A DNA stretch of 63,924 nucleotides, counting the filler, from Lenisia limosa (Eukaryota > Protista > Breviatea), in NCBI GenBank assembly GCA_001655205.1. It is 15 parts of 15 records of this genome, joined end to end, with 100 filler letters (N's around TTAATTAATTAA, not from the genome) between each part and the next. Parts side by side here need not be neighbours in the genome. Positions count along the whole stretch, not along the records: positions 49,847 to 56,697 come from LPNZ01002408.1; positions 56,798 to 57,808 come from LPNZ01009203.1; positions 57,909 to 59,425 come from LPNZ01007980.1; positions 59,526 to 61,332 come from LPNZ01001959.1; positions 61,433 to 62,810 come from LPNZ01002789.1; 10 more parts are not named here. One strand, 5' to 3'. A program made the position numbers and the translations under genes. Under the pieces are notes generated by a model. The model saw nothing but the letters and a program-made list of their open reading frames with translations, did not search any database and was not told the origin of the DNA. This document shows, piece after piece, positions 51,286-61,993 of this stretch; positions within the stretch are counted from its first letter, which is position 1, and each line of letters begins with the position of its first letter.

Positions 51286-52750
51286 ATGGCCAGAGGACTC
51301 CAAAAGATTGTTCGTTTATTCTCTCGGTCTTCTTTGCTCACCTTCTTAGCAAAGTCAGCAAAAAAATGGCCCAGCCGGAAAGAATAAGTCCACTGGAGGC
51401 GGAGCTGCCGGCATTGAAAAAAGGTTTGGGGAGATCATGTGTATATATGCATTGCCTGTTTCTTCTATGCAAATATAATTCATCGCGTTCAGTCATAACA
51501 ATTGTTTTAAAGAAAACAGTGATTATACAAATGGGGTCTAAAACCTATCAAGCATCCTTTTGATGTGTCGTCTTTTTTGTATTATTGTTTTATTATTTTG
51601 TTTGGGACGCTAAACTATGAAGCCTAACATCAAGCATCTTATCAATAAAAACAATCATTTTTTGGTTGGATAGAGATCGATAATGATACGTTTCTGTCTC
51701 ACATGTCTAGCAGCCTCCATGTCCTAGTTTCTAAAAGAGTTCCTACTTCAAAAATAACTCAAATATTCAGAAAAGCTTACCCAACATGGTATTTTTCTTT
51801 AAATAACAGGAATAATCTTACATCTTCAGAAAAGCCAAGGTTGACATTATCTGCACTCTCTGCCGCATCCCCATGATGAACGAACACACTTACAAGGTTC
51901 ATATGGGTATGTCTGGGTGCTTTTTGAGAATGAGGAGGTTGTCTCGTATTGATTTAGCTGTTCTCACAGAATTGATCTTCCTTTTCAAAATGACGATGTA
52001 TAGTATTATATAGAATTGATTGTTTTGTAAATATCACTACACATTCCTACTTGAAACACTGCTTTAATAGTTCTAATAAACGAAATACAGGCCATGGTTC
52101 AAACTGTGTGAAATTGAGAAATCATATTTAAAAGACCTTTTCGGATATCTAAATTAATGAAATTTAGCACTTTCTAGAGGTAATTTTTGACTTTAAAACT
52201 ATACGATTAGACCAATATTTAAGGGATTACCTAGAAAACGACAAAATATTATTGTTTTCTAATTATCTTGGTGTTGACTCAGAAAAGTGCAAATTTCTTG
52301 GAATATTGCCCGGAAAAAATTTCCAAAAACATTGTTTTCGCCATTTAATTGGACTCCATCTTTAATACATCTAGCAAATAGTCAAACTCTTACCAATTTT
52401 AGAGAGCAAGCACCCCAAGGCCACCCTTGATGCCGAAATCATTGCCAAGTTCCAAGCCATGGTGAGCGGGGCGTGATCTTATGCTACTACCCCTTACACT
52501 TATTCCCCCTCAATTTACTCACTTTTATGCTCCTACTAATGTACAAGTTCCCCAATAACATTTATTACACCGTGTTCCCCTTCTAATTGCACTTCTCAAA
52601 TCGTTCACGGTAATATTTCTCTTCACTTTTATGGATAAGATGAACTTGAAGATAGAATAATTGAAATACTATTTGTTTTTTTTCTTTCAGCTTGTTTGAT
52701 TTAGTTTGACAATATAGGAAGCTGAGAAGAAGAGCCACAAGAAGAAGTAG
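51286..52750 (+). CDS. ZNF706: ZNF706-like small C2H2 zinc-finger protein, 5 exons
   Basis: Spliced product MARGLQKIQSQQKNGPAGKNKSTGGGAAGIEKRKAKVDIICTLCRIPMMNEHTYKVHMESKHPKATLDAEIIAKFQAMEAEKKSHKKK; diagnostic MARGxQKIQSQQKN and C-x2-C...HxESKHPK. Confidence 0.92.
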
Positions 52751-53179
52751 ATTTCTTTTAGGTCAATGTGCTGTATATTATTGGTTGGGAAGATTTTGTA
52801 TTGATACATTAATATCTTGGGAAACAAATAAATACATAGAGGGGATACCAGTCAAAAGGGGCAACGACTTAACAATTTTAAAATCCACATGTCTCAGCTC
52901 ATGCCTATGATACAAGACGTGCCAAATAAATAAACCTTACACACCAGTTCCCCCCCCTTCTTTTTCTTTACAATTTGATAAAAGATTAAATAAAAAGATG
53001 AAATCCAGAAGATGAATTGAAAAGACGGCCTCAGCTCATGCCTATTCTTTACAATTTGATAAAAGATTAAATCAAATTAGAAAAATGAAGATGAAATCCA
53101 GAAGATGAATTGAAAAGACGGCCTCTATATTGGTACACGAATAAAAGGGAAAGAAAACTTGGTAACACACACGGAAGAT

Positions 53180-55607
53180 CTACTTGAAGGTCTTGCCATC
53201 AACGCACTCCTCGTGGATGCCTTCGGGGAACTTGCCTTCCCAGCTCCTAAAAACATAAGACAAGCCATCATGAAAACAGAAACACAAAGCAGCAGAAACT
53301 GCCCACATCACACTGAATTAAAATCAGAGCAAAGTTCCAAAAAGAGCCCCGCCAAACCAGTAGGTGTTGACGAGCTCCTTGTCGTCCTCGTTGGTGGGGT
53401 CGATCTTGCGCCAGTCGTAGAGCTCAGTATCGTCACAGGTAAGGAAGGGAGGGGGGAGAATGTCACCGGGGAACATCCAAACACTAGAGCGGTGAGTATT
53501 GGCAACGATGGTGTTAACGCGAAGATACCGATTTGACCCTTTTGCTTACCCGGAGAGCTGGTTGTTGTTGTTGACACCGTTGATGAGCATGTTGGCGAAG
53601 GCGTACTTGCGCATGAACTCGGTACGGGTGATGAAGCCACCGGCGAGATTGCAGGTCTTGAAGAGCTGAAGAGTTAGATCTGAAGATCTACAAGTGTCCA
53701 AAAGGAATAAAGGTGATCTCAGCGAGAAAATTGTCGTGTATTAAGAAGACCAAAAGAGGTCTGCCCTTACACGATCTCAAACTTTATTTATCATCGAAAA
53801 GAAAAGAGGAAACACCCGGCCCTGGTAGCAAACCTGCTCGTTCTCGTCGTTGTACTTGAAGTTGCAGAACCAGAGAGAGTATCCGGCGGCGTCGAAGTTC
53901 TCCCAGAACCACTTGCAGGCGGCGGGCATCTTGTTGTTGGAATAGAAGCGCTTCCACTCATCGAAGACAAGGGTAGACTTGGGGAGTCCGGCAGCCCACT
54001 CTTCCATGATCTGCTTCTGAGACTTCTCGGAGGCGTTGGCCTCGGTCTCCTCTTGAGAGGGCTTCTCCTCTTCAACCTTCTTCTCCTTCTTGGGCTGTTC
54101 CTTCTTCTCCTTCTTCTCCTTCTTGGGCTGGTTCTTCTTGGAGGCTGGAGGGGAAGGGATTAGCACTGGAAAACAAATAGTTATAAAAAACCCCCATTTT
54201 TACCATAAGATGAATGCCGAATGCAAATGTAACAAAATGAATACAATGTACCCCAACCCATGTACCTCCCTTCTCGGCTTGCTTCTCCTCGGTGGCGAGG
54301 GTGATGGGACCGCAGGCCTTCTTGAACTCCTAAAAAAAGTCAGTCAACGTCCGAGTGACCGAAATGTCGAAAGGAAGAAAAATTTGGCTCAGTGAGAAGT
54401 TGTCGTGTATTACCAGTGGCTAACACGCTCTCAAACTTTAAACATCACGGCAATAAAGAAATTATCCCCCCCCCCGCAAACAGGCTGGACGAGCATGGTC
54501 TTGAACCAACGGGTGACGTTCTGGTACTTCTTCTGGGCCTCGGTGTCGAGGACGAGAGTGTAGGGGCCGAGGAGCTGGCAGAAAAGGACAATGTCAGCAA
54601 GAGTGATGCGCTCTCCGACGATGAAGGTCTTCTTGAGGAAGTAGGCGTTGAGGGCGGTCATGGCGCGGTCGGCGTCCATCTTGGCCTTGTCGTAGGCGCC
54701 TAAACGAAGGGAATTAGATGANNNNNNNNNNNNNNNNNNNNNNNNNNNNNNNNNNNNNNNNNNNNNNNNNNNNNNNNNNNNNNNNNNNNNNNNNNNNNNN
54801 NNNNNNNNNNNNNNNNNNNNNNNNNNNNNNNNNNNNNNNNNNNNNNNNNNNNNNNNNNNNNNNNNNNAGCAAGCAAAAGATAGCACGGGAGGTGACTGCT
54901 TACCCTTGTTGAAAGGAGCGTAGCCGAGGACGGGGTAGATCCAGACAGCGAAGGGAAGGTTGAGCTCCATGGAGGCGAAAGAGATCCACTGTTGGAGCTC
55001 GGCGGCGGCGAAGGCGTCCTTGGGGAGGAGGTTCTTCTTGTCACCGTTGAGGCTAGCAACTAAAGAGGGTCATGATTGGAGTATCAGATCAGGTGAGGAA
55101 GAAAAATGAAGAAAATCCACATCCAAGCCTCAAAAACGATACGTTAACATATAATTAAGCATGTCTAAGTGCAAAAGGTAGTGGAATAGAATCAGCTGAC
55201 AATCAAGGAATATCAGGGAAAGTGAAAAAGGTCAAAATCATACCGTAGTGAGCGATAGCGGTAGCCTCGAAGAGGGGGCCCTGCTCAGTCTGGAGAACGG
55301 GAACCTTACCCATGGGGTTCATGGCAAGGAATTCCTCGGTCTACACTGGTGACGAAAATGTTTTTAAACCACCTTGAACAACCCATGGTTGCCATACTCA
55401 AGGAAATAAGGATTTAAAAGAGAGAGAAAAAAAAAATTCAAACCTTGTTGTCCTCGCCCATAGTGAACTCGGGGATGTCAATGGCAACACCGTTGTACTC
55501 AGCGGCGATGAGAGCCATGAGGGCACGGGGGTTGTTCTTGTAGGTGTAGAGAGTCTAAATTTGTGAATAATGTCACACAATCTCATCAAACTTACAAGAG
55601 GAGCCAT
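53180..55607 (-). CDS. EEF1G: Translation elongation factor 1B-gamma (GST-N, GST-C, EF1G domains)
   Basis: TLYTYKNNPRALMALIAAEY; EFLAMNPMGKVPVL; TFIVGERITLADI; NVTRWFKT; LPKSTLVFDEWKRFYSN; FWENFDAAGYSLW; SWEGKF...DGKTFK*. Confidence 0.97.
53715..53799 (-). ncRNA. Candidate intronic box C/D snoRNA, copy 1
   Basis: C-like ATGATAA (53794-53788); TAAAGTTTGAGA antisense to LSU rRNA TCTCAAACTTTA (rRNA sequence from memory); internal hairpin; D box CTGA (53722-53719); paralogous to copy 2. Confidence 0.6.
54385..54453 (-). ncRNA. Candidate intronic box C/D snoRNA, copy 2
   Basis: C-like GTGATGT (54448-54442); TTTAAAGTTTGAGA antisense to LSU rRNA TCTCAAACTTTAAA; hairpin cgtgttagcca/tggtaatacacg; D box CTGA (54392-54389). 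Confidence 0.65.
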
Positions 55608-55894
55608 CTTTACTTCCAAAAAGAATTCTCTTTTTCAATATTTCACATAAATTATTCACAAAATTAGTTCAGTTCAGTTCAGTTCAAATTTCGAAATTAT
55701 AAATATTTTCGGGCTAAGGGCGTGAAACTCCTTACTCAATTCCTATTTTCCGTAAGTTAAGTCTAAATACGTTTACATTGTATCTTGTACAGCGAATACT
55801 TTGTGATTCTTGATTTTTGTTATTAGTGAATACAAGTTTGTCATTTGTGGCGGTCTCCATTAGTTATCTGCTGGGTTTCTGAAAGACATTTACA

Positions 55895-56697
55895 ATGCCG
55901 CCTCGGAATAACAAAGGAACATCAGACACCGCAAGTCACCCCTCCTCACAACCGGCAATGAGCAAGAAGCAGCTTATGAAGCTGCAAGGGGGCCGTAGAG
56001 GTGGTGGCGAACTTTCCAGCTTTGCAGTGCCAATGGCGACACCTCCCCCTCCACAACAGCAGATCCCAGCACCATCTTCACCATCACCCCCTCCAGCACA
56101 GGTTGGCCTTTTCATGACCGTGACATATGTGCGTGTTAACAAAAATTATAACTGTGACAGTATGATATGACTTCAAACCAGGAGGAGTATTAATGGTTTT
56201 ATTGTTGCCACGTATAATCAATTCACTTTCACCATCCAGATGCGGTCCCCTGCCGTCACACCCACGCCAACCACCCCGCTGAAGCCCCAAAGTAGGACTG
56301 GGTAGAGAGATCAGGAGGGAGGGAAGCGTTGGTGTGGAAGGTTTCAGTCAGATACAACCCTGTTTTATATCGCTTCTATAGTCAAGGGAATAAAGTCGAA
56401 ATTCCCTTCCTTCCACATTACCAACAAAGACCCAGTCTTTTTGTTTTATATGATGTAATTTACTTCTTCTGCCATATGATATTGCTCCATGTGATGAAAC
56501 TATATGAACTAGACATAGCCCCAGGCTTATAGTTTTTTTTTTTCTTTCTGATATTATTTCCTCATTCTTCTGTTTGATATTGCCCCAGATGATAATACTA
56601 ACAAACATAGCCCCCCAAACGAAAGTTAATGTTGCCGAGTTTGCTGCACAATGGGATGACGTGCCTCTCATGCATACAGTCAAACTACAGGCCAGGC
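55895..56697 (+). CDS. 5' part of an unidentified gene with a Pro-rich N-terminus, head-to-head with EEF1G
   Basis: MPPRNNKGTSDTASHPSSQPAMSKKQLMKLQGG...PPPAQ, followed by exons RSPAVTPTPTTPLKPQ and KVNVAEFAAQWDDVPLMHTVKLQA. Confidence 0.6.
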
Positions 56698-56797
56698 NNN
56701 NNNNNNNNNNNNNNNNNNNNNNNNNNNNNNNNNNNNNNNNNTTAATTAATTAANNNNNNNNNNNNNNNNNNNNNNNNNNNNNNNNNNNNNNNNNNNN

Positions 56798-57808
56798 AAA
56801 ACTCGTTATATATTGACCAGCCACATCGAAACAAGTGTTACAAAATTCACTCATAATCAAACATAAACTCACACAGTCAAGAATTTGATAATCACAACTT
56901 TCTTTCTTTAAATTATATAATTGTCCATCCTTAAATTTGTCTTCTATATAATCAGGTATTTCAAAACCTGGCCAATATTTAGCTTCTGGTATTTGACCAA
57001 TATAGTTTAGAGTGTCAGATGAAACAAACATATGAGGGAATGATGTTTTAGAATATTCCTTTGACAATTTGAAATTCTTACACAATTTACTTAATGATGA
57101 TGCTAAATATCTATAACTATCTCTGAAACTAACCATACCACCAAAGGCTTGTAATTCAATGATACCATTATTATCAATTATTTGGTTGAACTCAAATTCA
57201 GGATGTTTCCAAATGAAATGACTATCGAATTTTCCTGCGTTGTGAGCGTATAAAATAATTTTATTTTTCCGTCTCAATTCTCTCTCAATATTAACTAGTT
57301 CTTTAACATCTTCTACTTCAAATGCAATAACATCCAGTTCCTTTTCAATCTTCCTTTCTATAACATCAACATAATCTTTTAAGACTAAGTAAAATTTATT
57401 CATAGCATCCTTTCCATAATAGACTTTTGTTTGATCTTTAAGTTTATCTACATTTTCAATTTTATAGAATTTATCAAATGGGAGCATAAGAAGTCCACAA
57501 TTATATAAATGCATATATTTGTTTTCATCCTGGAAAGTTTCAAAGTCATAGAACCCAACACAAGAACAATCTGGATTTGGATCTTTAACTTTTTGCACTT
57601 CATTAAAACGTTTCAAACATAGATCAGTATCTGGGAGAGGATAAGGAATTTTATCTTGAATAATAATTTCAAAATCATTTGGTTTAGGAAGTTTACTAAG
57701 TGGAACAGGTTTAACTACAAGAACATAATGTCTCTTCACTAAAAGTAGTTGAATTTCATTGGTACTATGTTTACCATAAACAACTCTAGATTTAATAAAA
57801 TTGTCTCC
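56798..57808 (-). mobile_element. Internal fragment of a protein-primed family-B DNA polymerase (Polinton/Maverick/adintovirus-like), 3'-5' exonuclease region
   Basis: The whole contig is one intronless AT-rich open frame: ExoI FYDFET, ExoII LYAHNAGKFDSHF, FRDSY, KTSFPHMF, ExoIII DYQILD. Confidence 0.9.
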
Positions 57809-58239
57809 NNNNNNNNNNNNNNNNNNNNNNNNNNNNNNNNNNNNNNNNNNNNTTAATTAATTAANNNNNNNNNNNNNNNNNNNNNNNNNNNNNNNNNNNN
57901 NNNNNNNNGAACCATATCCTCTTCTAAACACAGTGATGATGGTGGTGATGATGATTAATGATATGTTAGTAATTATGGTAGTGAATGATATTGAAGTTAA
58001 ATCGGCACGTGTAAGGCTTTTCATTTCCATACAGTAAATGGGCATATATATGTTTACATACTGTATATTGACAGTGTATCTGCATTATATGGATAAGATG
58101 ATATATGCAGTATATTATATATAATTATGCACTGAATCTTTGAGCTGTTGCAAGAATGAATACCCCCCCCCCCCCNNNNNNNNNNNNNNNNNNNNNNNNN
58201 NNNNNNNNNNNNNNNNNNNNNNNNNNNNNNNNNNNNNNC

Positions 58240-59340
58240 TGTGCCAGTCGATCAAGCTTATTGGTAAGCACAGCGTTATCCCCTCGTAGTTTCTGGGGGG
58301 TTAATAGGTGCGAGAGAAGAGAGAGAGGGAAAAAGACAAATGAAGAAAAAACCAAGATTTATTTAAAAAATGAATGAAAACAAAACAAAACAAAAATAGC
58401 ATTATAGAGAATAGCAAAACGCCAATCCCACGTCAGCAAGTCCTTCGGCCTTATTAGCCCGATCCGTCTTCTCATTGAGGGACTGGGTAGCCGCCTCAAG
58501 CTGCGACGCCACATTCGACGCGCGCGCCACTTCCGATGCGTTCACCTCCATCAGCTACAATGGTATTATGATCGGCTAAATTATTTGGGAATAATGGTGC
58601 TTATCCAACAGGGAATAATGGCTTTAACATGTGCGGTGAATACTACAAGGGTTGGGGTGTAATTATACATGTATATAAGGCTTCACTTCGTTTCGAAAAA
58701 ACCCCGGGGAAATATAGTGAAAGTGAAGCCTATGGTATATAGTAAGAGTGGAGTCAATACTACGGGAAATAAAGAAAGTGAATGATCATAAGGGTTGTGG
58801 TGATTAATAAGAGCTTTCAGGTGTGCGGTGTACATAAAAAAAAAAAAAAAAAAAANNNNNNNNNNNNNNNNNNNNNNNNNNNNNNNNNNNNNNNNNNNNN
58901 NNNNNNNNNNNNNNNNNNNNNNNNNNNNNNNNNNNNNNNNNNNNNNNNNNNNNNNNNNNNNNNNNNNNNNNNNNNNNNNNNNNNNNNNNNNNNNNNNNNN
59001 NNNNNNNNNNNNNNNNNNNNNAGCATACATGTGCAGTTTCCCTCTTGAAGCTCTCCACCAGAGTGCCCGCCGCTCGGTTCTCTCTCATCAGGTTCTCCTG
59101 CAAGGTGAGTGTATTTTTAAGTATTTTTGATTTTGGATCATATATATTTTGGGGAAGTCTCATGTTTTTCAAATAAACTGTAGAGGGGAGGGAATCATTA
59201 CAATGAATACTCCAGGAAACGCAGAATACCTGATTTATATGATATACACTTGGACCCCCTCTTACAATAACAGAGGCCTGCGTTCTGATTTTGATGCCAG
59301 CAGTTTCCAAACTCTCCTTGTAGGAACCCAGCAGGCTAAA
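58240..59340 (-). CDS. Exons of an unidentified coiled-coil protein
   Basis: SLLGSYKESLETAGIKIRTQ / ENLMRENRAAGTLVESFKRETAH / LMEVNASEVARASNVASQLEAATQSLNEKTDRANKAEGLAD / LRGDNAVLTNKLDRLAQ. Confidence 0.6.
58678..58730. mobile_element. MITE family D, internally deleted copy
   Basis: AGGCTTCACTTCG...AAGTGAAGCCT flanked by TA-rich sequence. Confidence 0.75.
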
Positions 59341-59567
59341 ATATGAGATTTAGTTGTTTTTTTTAAAAAACAATAGAGGTGAAAAATAAAAAAAAAACGG
59401 TTGTATCTGGCCGAAGCAGTCCACANNNNNNNNNNNNNNNNNNNNNNNNNNNNNNNNNNNNNNNNNNNNTTAATTAATTAANNNNNNNNNNNNNNNNNNN
59501 NNNNNNNNNNNNNNNNNNNNNNNNNAACGGGGTATGCGCGAAAAGACCAACAATATACCAACATCAA

Positions 59568-59712
59568 TGTCATGCACAAGAAGATAGAACCATATTAGTA
59601 TCATGCACAGGAAGATAGACCCATATTAGTGTCAGGCACAAAAGATAGACCCATATTAGTGTCATGCACAGGAAGATAGACCCACATTAGTGTTATGGAC
59701 AAGAAGATGGAC
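59568..59712 (-). repeat. About 31-bp x4 tandem array spanning a PRP16 5' splice site
   Basis: Plus-strand unit gaagatagacccatattagtgtcatgcacag; the terminal unit is the exon end ...LLVHNTN|gtgggt. Confidence 0.9.
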
Positions 59713-61235
59713 TTTAGCCTCATCATCATCATCGAAGTCGGCGTCGTTGGATGCATCGTACATGGTACTGCAATGTTAGTATCGTACAAAGGGTGGACAA
59801 TACATCAGACTACATGTTAATACCCCCCCCCCTCACCCGGCCTGTCGCAGCTGGTTTTGCTCCCAGATGGCGTTCTCTCTGAGACTCTGGCTCTTGTAGC
59901 GGTTGAGATAACGTTCACGCACCGTATCCTACGGGTCAGGAATTATGGGGGGAGAGAAAAAGCCAAAAGCAACTCTGTTGGCTGACAACACACGAGGGTT
60001 AATGACAGCAAAACAACAAAGCCCAGGCNNNNNNNNNNNNNNNNNNNNNNNNNNNNNNNNACTATACTAGATACTACAATATAATTAGGTCTTCATGCAA
60101 TGATGTTACAAAAATCCGAAGTGAGACATAATGTAACGAGAACCCTATTTCAGACCCTTTATTTTCTCATTTTGTCAATCAATTTCCTCAAAAAATTAAT
60201 TTCACTGAGCACTGTATAAGAGCCAATACCTCCCCCACCTGCTGCTCCTCCTTCTTCTTGGCGTAGTCGCCAGCGTACATGCTGTTGTTGGTGGCGGCAT
60301 CACCTTCCTCCTGGTCGTACCATTCTCGGTCGAGATCCTTATCATCTTCCTCCTAGAGCGGGGTAAACTTGGAACATCTTGATATCAACCCTGTTGGCTG
60401 ATAACACACGAGGGCTGAGAACAACGAAACACACAAGGCCCAGTGGGGGTGATTGGGTGTTTATGTACTATAATATAATCCAATGTCTCTTATCAGCGTG
60501 ATTTTGTGGACGGCTTCGGCCAGACCATATTTTATTCCTCATCTTCCTCCAAGAGCAGGTTGGGTGAATAAAAACGCTATATTTGGGTACCTTTCTGTAT
60601 GAGTAGAAAACAGCAGCATCCTATTACCCCCAATAATATCTAGCTCCACCGCCTCACGTCGTAACGTCTGCTTTCTCCCTTGCGGGGGGTCGACTTGTTC
60701 CAGCTGTTCGACTGGTGGGTAAGGCGGTGTTGGAGGGGCGAGGGGAGTAAAACGAAGGAAATTTCGATGAAGAANNNNNNNNNNNNNNNNNNNNNNNNNN
60801 NNNNNNNNNNNNNNNNNNACACATGAGCAAAACTAGGGGACCGATCCCCAAGAACATTGTTTATGGTACGCAGGGCTTCACTCGGTCCGATAAAATATCG
60901 ATATTTATCGAGGATTTATTGAGAAATCCAGCTTTTTTTGGGACGTGGGAGTACTAATGGTCCCAATGTAATATTTTTTATCCGTATATTTCAATGTATT
61001 TTCTCGCCATCAAGATCCCTTGGATACAAACGTACTGATGAGAGTCGAGGAAAATGGAAAATGTTATGAAACAAAAATAAAACTCCAAAAAAACTCTGTT
61101 GGCTTCACGTACAAGGGTTAAAAACAACAAAACAAACTAAGCCAGTCGCTTCTGCAACACCGCATCCCATCACTCAGGCGTACTTTGTAAGAGGGGGTGA
61201 AGTCGGGCTTATCTTCAACTTCTCGGCGTGGCGTC
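59686..61235 (-). CDS. DHX38: Pre-mRNA splicing DEAH helicase PRP16/DHX38, N-terminal region, partial
   Basis: FTPSYK/SNSWN; EEDDKDLDREWYDQEEG; RENAIWEQNQLRQAG; DFDDDDEAKVHLLVHN. These match remembered human TPSYKYNEW, ADRDWY, ERWETNRMLTSG, DFEEDNAAKVHLMVHN. Confidence 0.88.
59929..60028 (-). repeat. Intronic repeat family B copy ending at a PRP16 acceptor; another copy at 60353-60447
   Basis: ccctcgtgtgttgtcagccaacagagttgc...cctgacccgtag|GAT, and ccctcgtgtgttatcagccaacagggttgat...ccccgctctag|GAG. Confidence 0.8.
60873..60945. mobile_element. MITE family D, degenerate copy in a PRP16 intron
   Basis: GGGCTTCACTCGGTCCGA left end plus family-D internal sequence. Confidence 0.65.
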
Positions 61236-61500
61236 CTGGAGGAAAATGAGGTAAAGTGTAGGGGAGAAACCCTGGTGAATGTAAAAGTCCACGATTAATT
61301 CCAAAAAAAAATCGTTCATGCCCTATCCTGGTNNNNNNNNNNNNNNNNNNNNNNNNNNNNNNNNNNNNNNNNNNNNTTAATTAATTAANNNNNNNNNNNN
61401 NNNNNNNNNNNNNNNNNNNNNNNNNNNNNNNNTTATTTAGTCGTGATTAGTGCCTTTACGCCAATATTCTTCATCGAACTATCATGCCCCCCAATCATAC

Positions 61501-61993
61501 TCGTGTTAGTAGTGTGGACTTGCCCACGGACGGAAAGCCAACAAGGCCGACACGGGAATCTCCGGACCTCTTTACATCGAAGCCCTCACCCGGACCACCG
61601 CTTCCCTTTGTGCTGTTGGTGATAAGCTCGCGCCTAAGCTTGGCAAGCTTAGACTTCAGAGACCCAAGATGCGCACTACAGAGTAAGAGGGAAGGTTCGT
61701 TTCGTTGCTTAATTACCTGGTAGCCTTGTTTTTCTGAGTCCTGGCCACTAAAGAGGTTGTGAGAAGGGCGTGGAATGAAGAGAGGCATTAAGAAAATCCC
61801 ACTTACTCTATAATTCGAGTTAGCATTGTCAAATTCGGGGTAACAAATAAAAAATTAGTGCAAATTAGGAGGTGAAAGCAACAACTCATGTATCTAAGAA
61901 ACCCCCACAGACCTCAGACTCGATCTCTTCAATTTTCTAAAGAAAAGGTTAAATTTATAGAAAACAAATATGACATACCTGAAGGATACTCAT
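61501..61993 (-). CDS. DRG1: Developmentally regulated GTP-binding protein DRG1/Rbg1, 5' part
   Basis: [43 protein letters not shown]...[37 protein letters not shown] favours DRG1 over DRG2. Confidence 0.95.
61807..61807 (-). CDS. DRG1: Predicted single-nucleotide exon (A) of DRG1
   Basis: Sense context tgctaactcgaattaTAG|A|GTAAGT. It supplies the missing base of the ATG in the conserved EMART motif. Confidence 0.8.

Noticed and set aside
247-59130. Numerous listed ORFs containing long X runs
   Set aside because: They are open only because they cross N gaps.
53180-61235. Functional link between the pPolB fragment and flanking EEF1G or PRP16 genes
   Set aside because: They lie on separate contigs joined by artificial spacers.
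61903-61912. Alternative DRG1 donor giving EVLART without a micro-exon
   Set aside because: Possible, but it alters a highly conserved motif and leaves the TAG|A|GTAAGT site unexplained; kept only as the refuting alternative.
61982-61989. U12-type donor GTATCCTT at the start of DRG1
   Set aside because: It lies within codons for MSILQ; a canonical CAG|gtatgt donor follows and keeps the frame.
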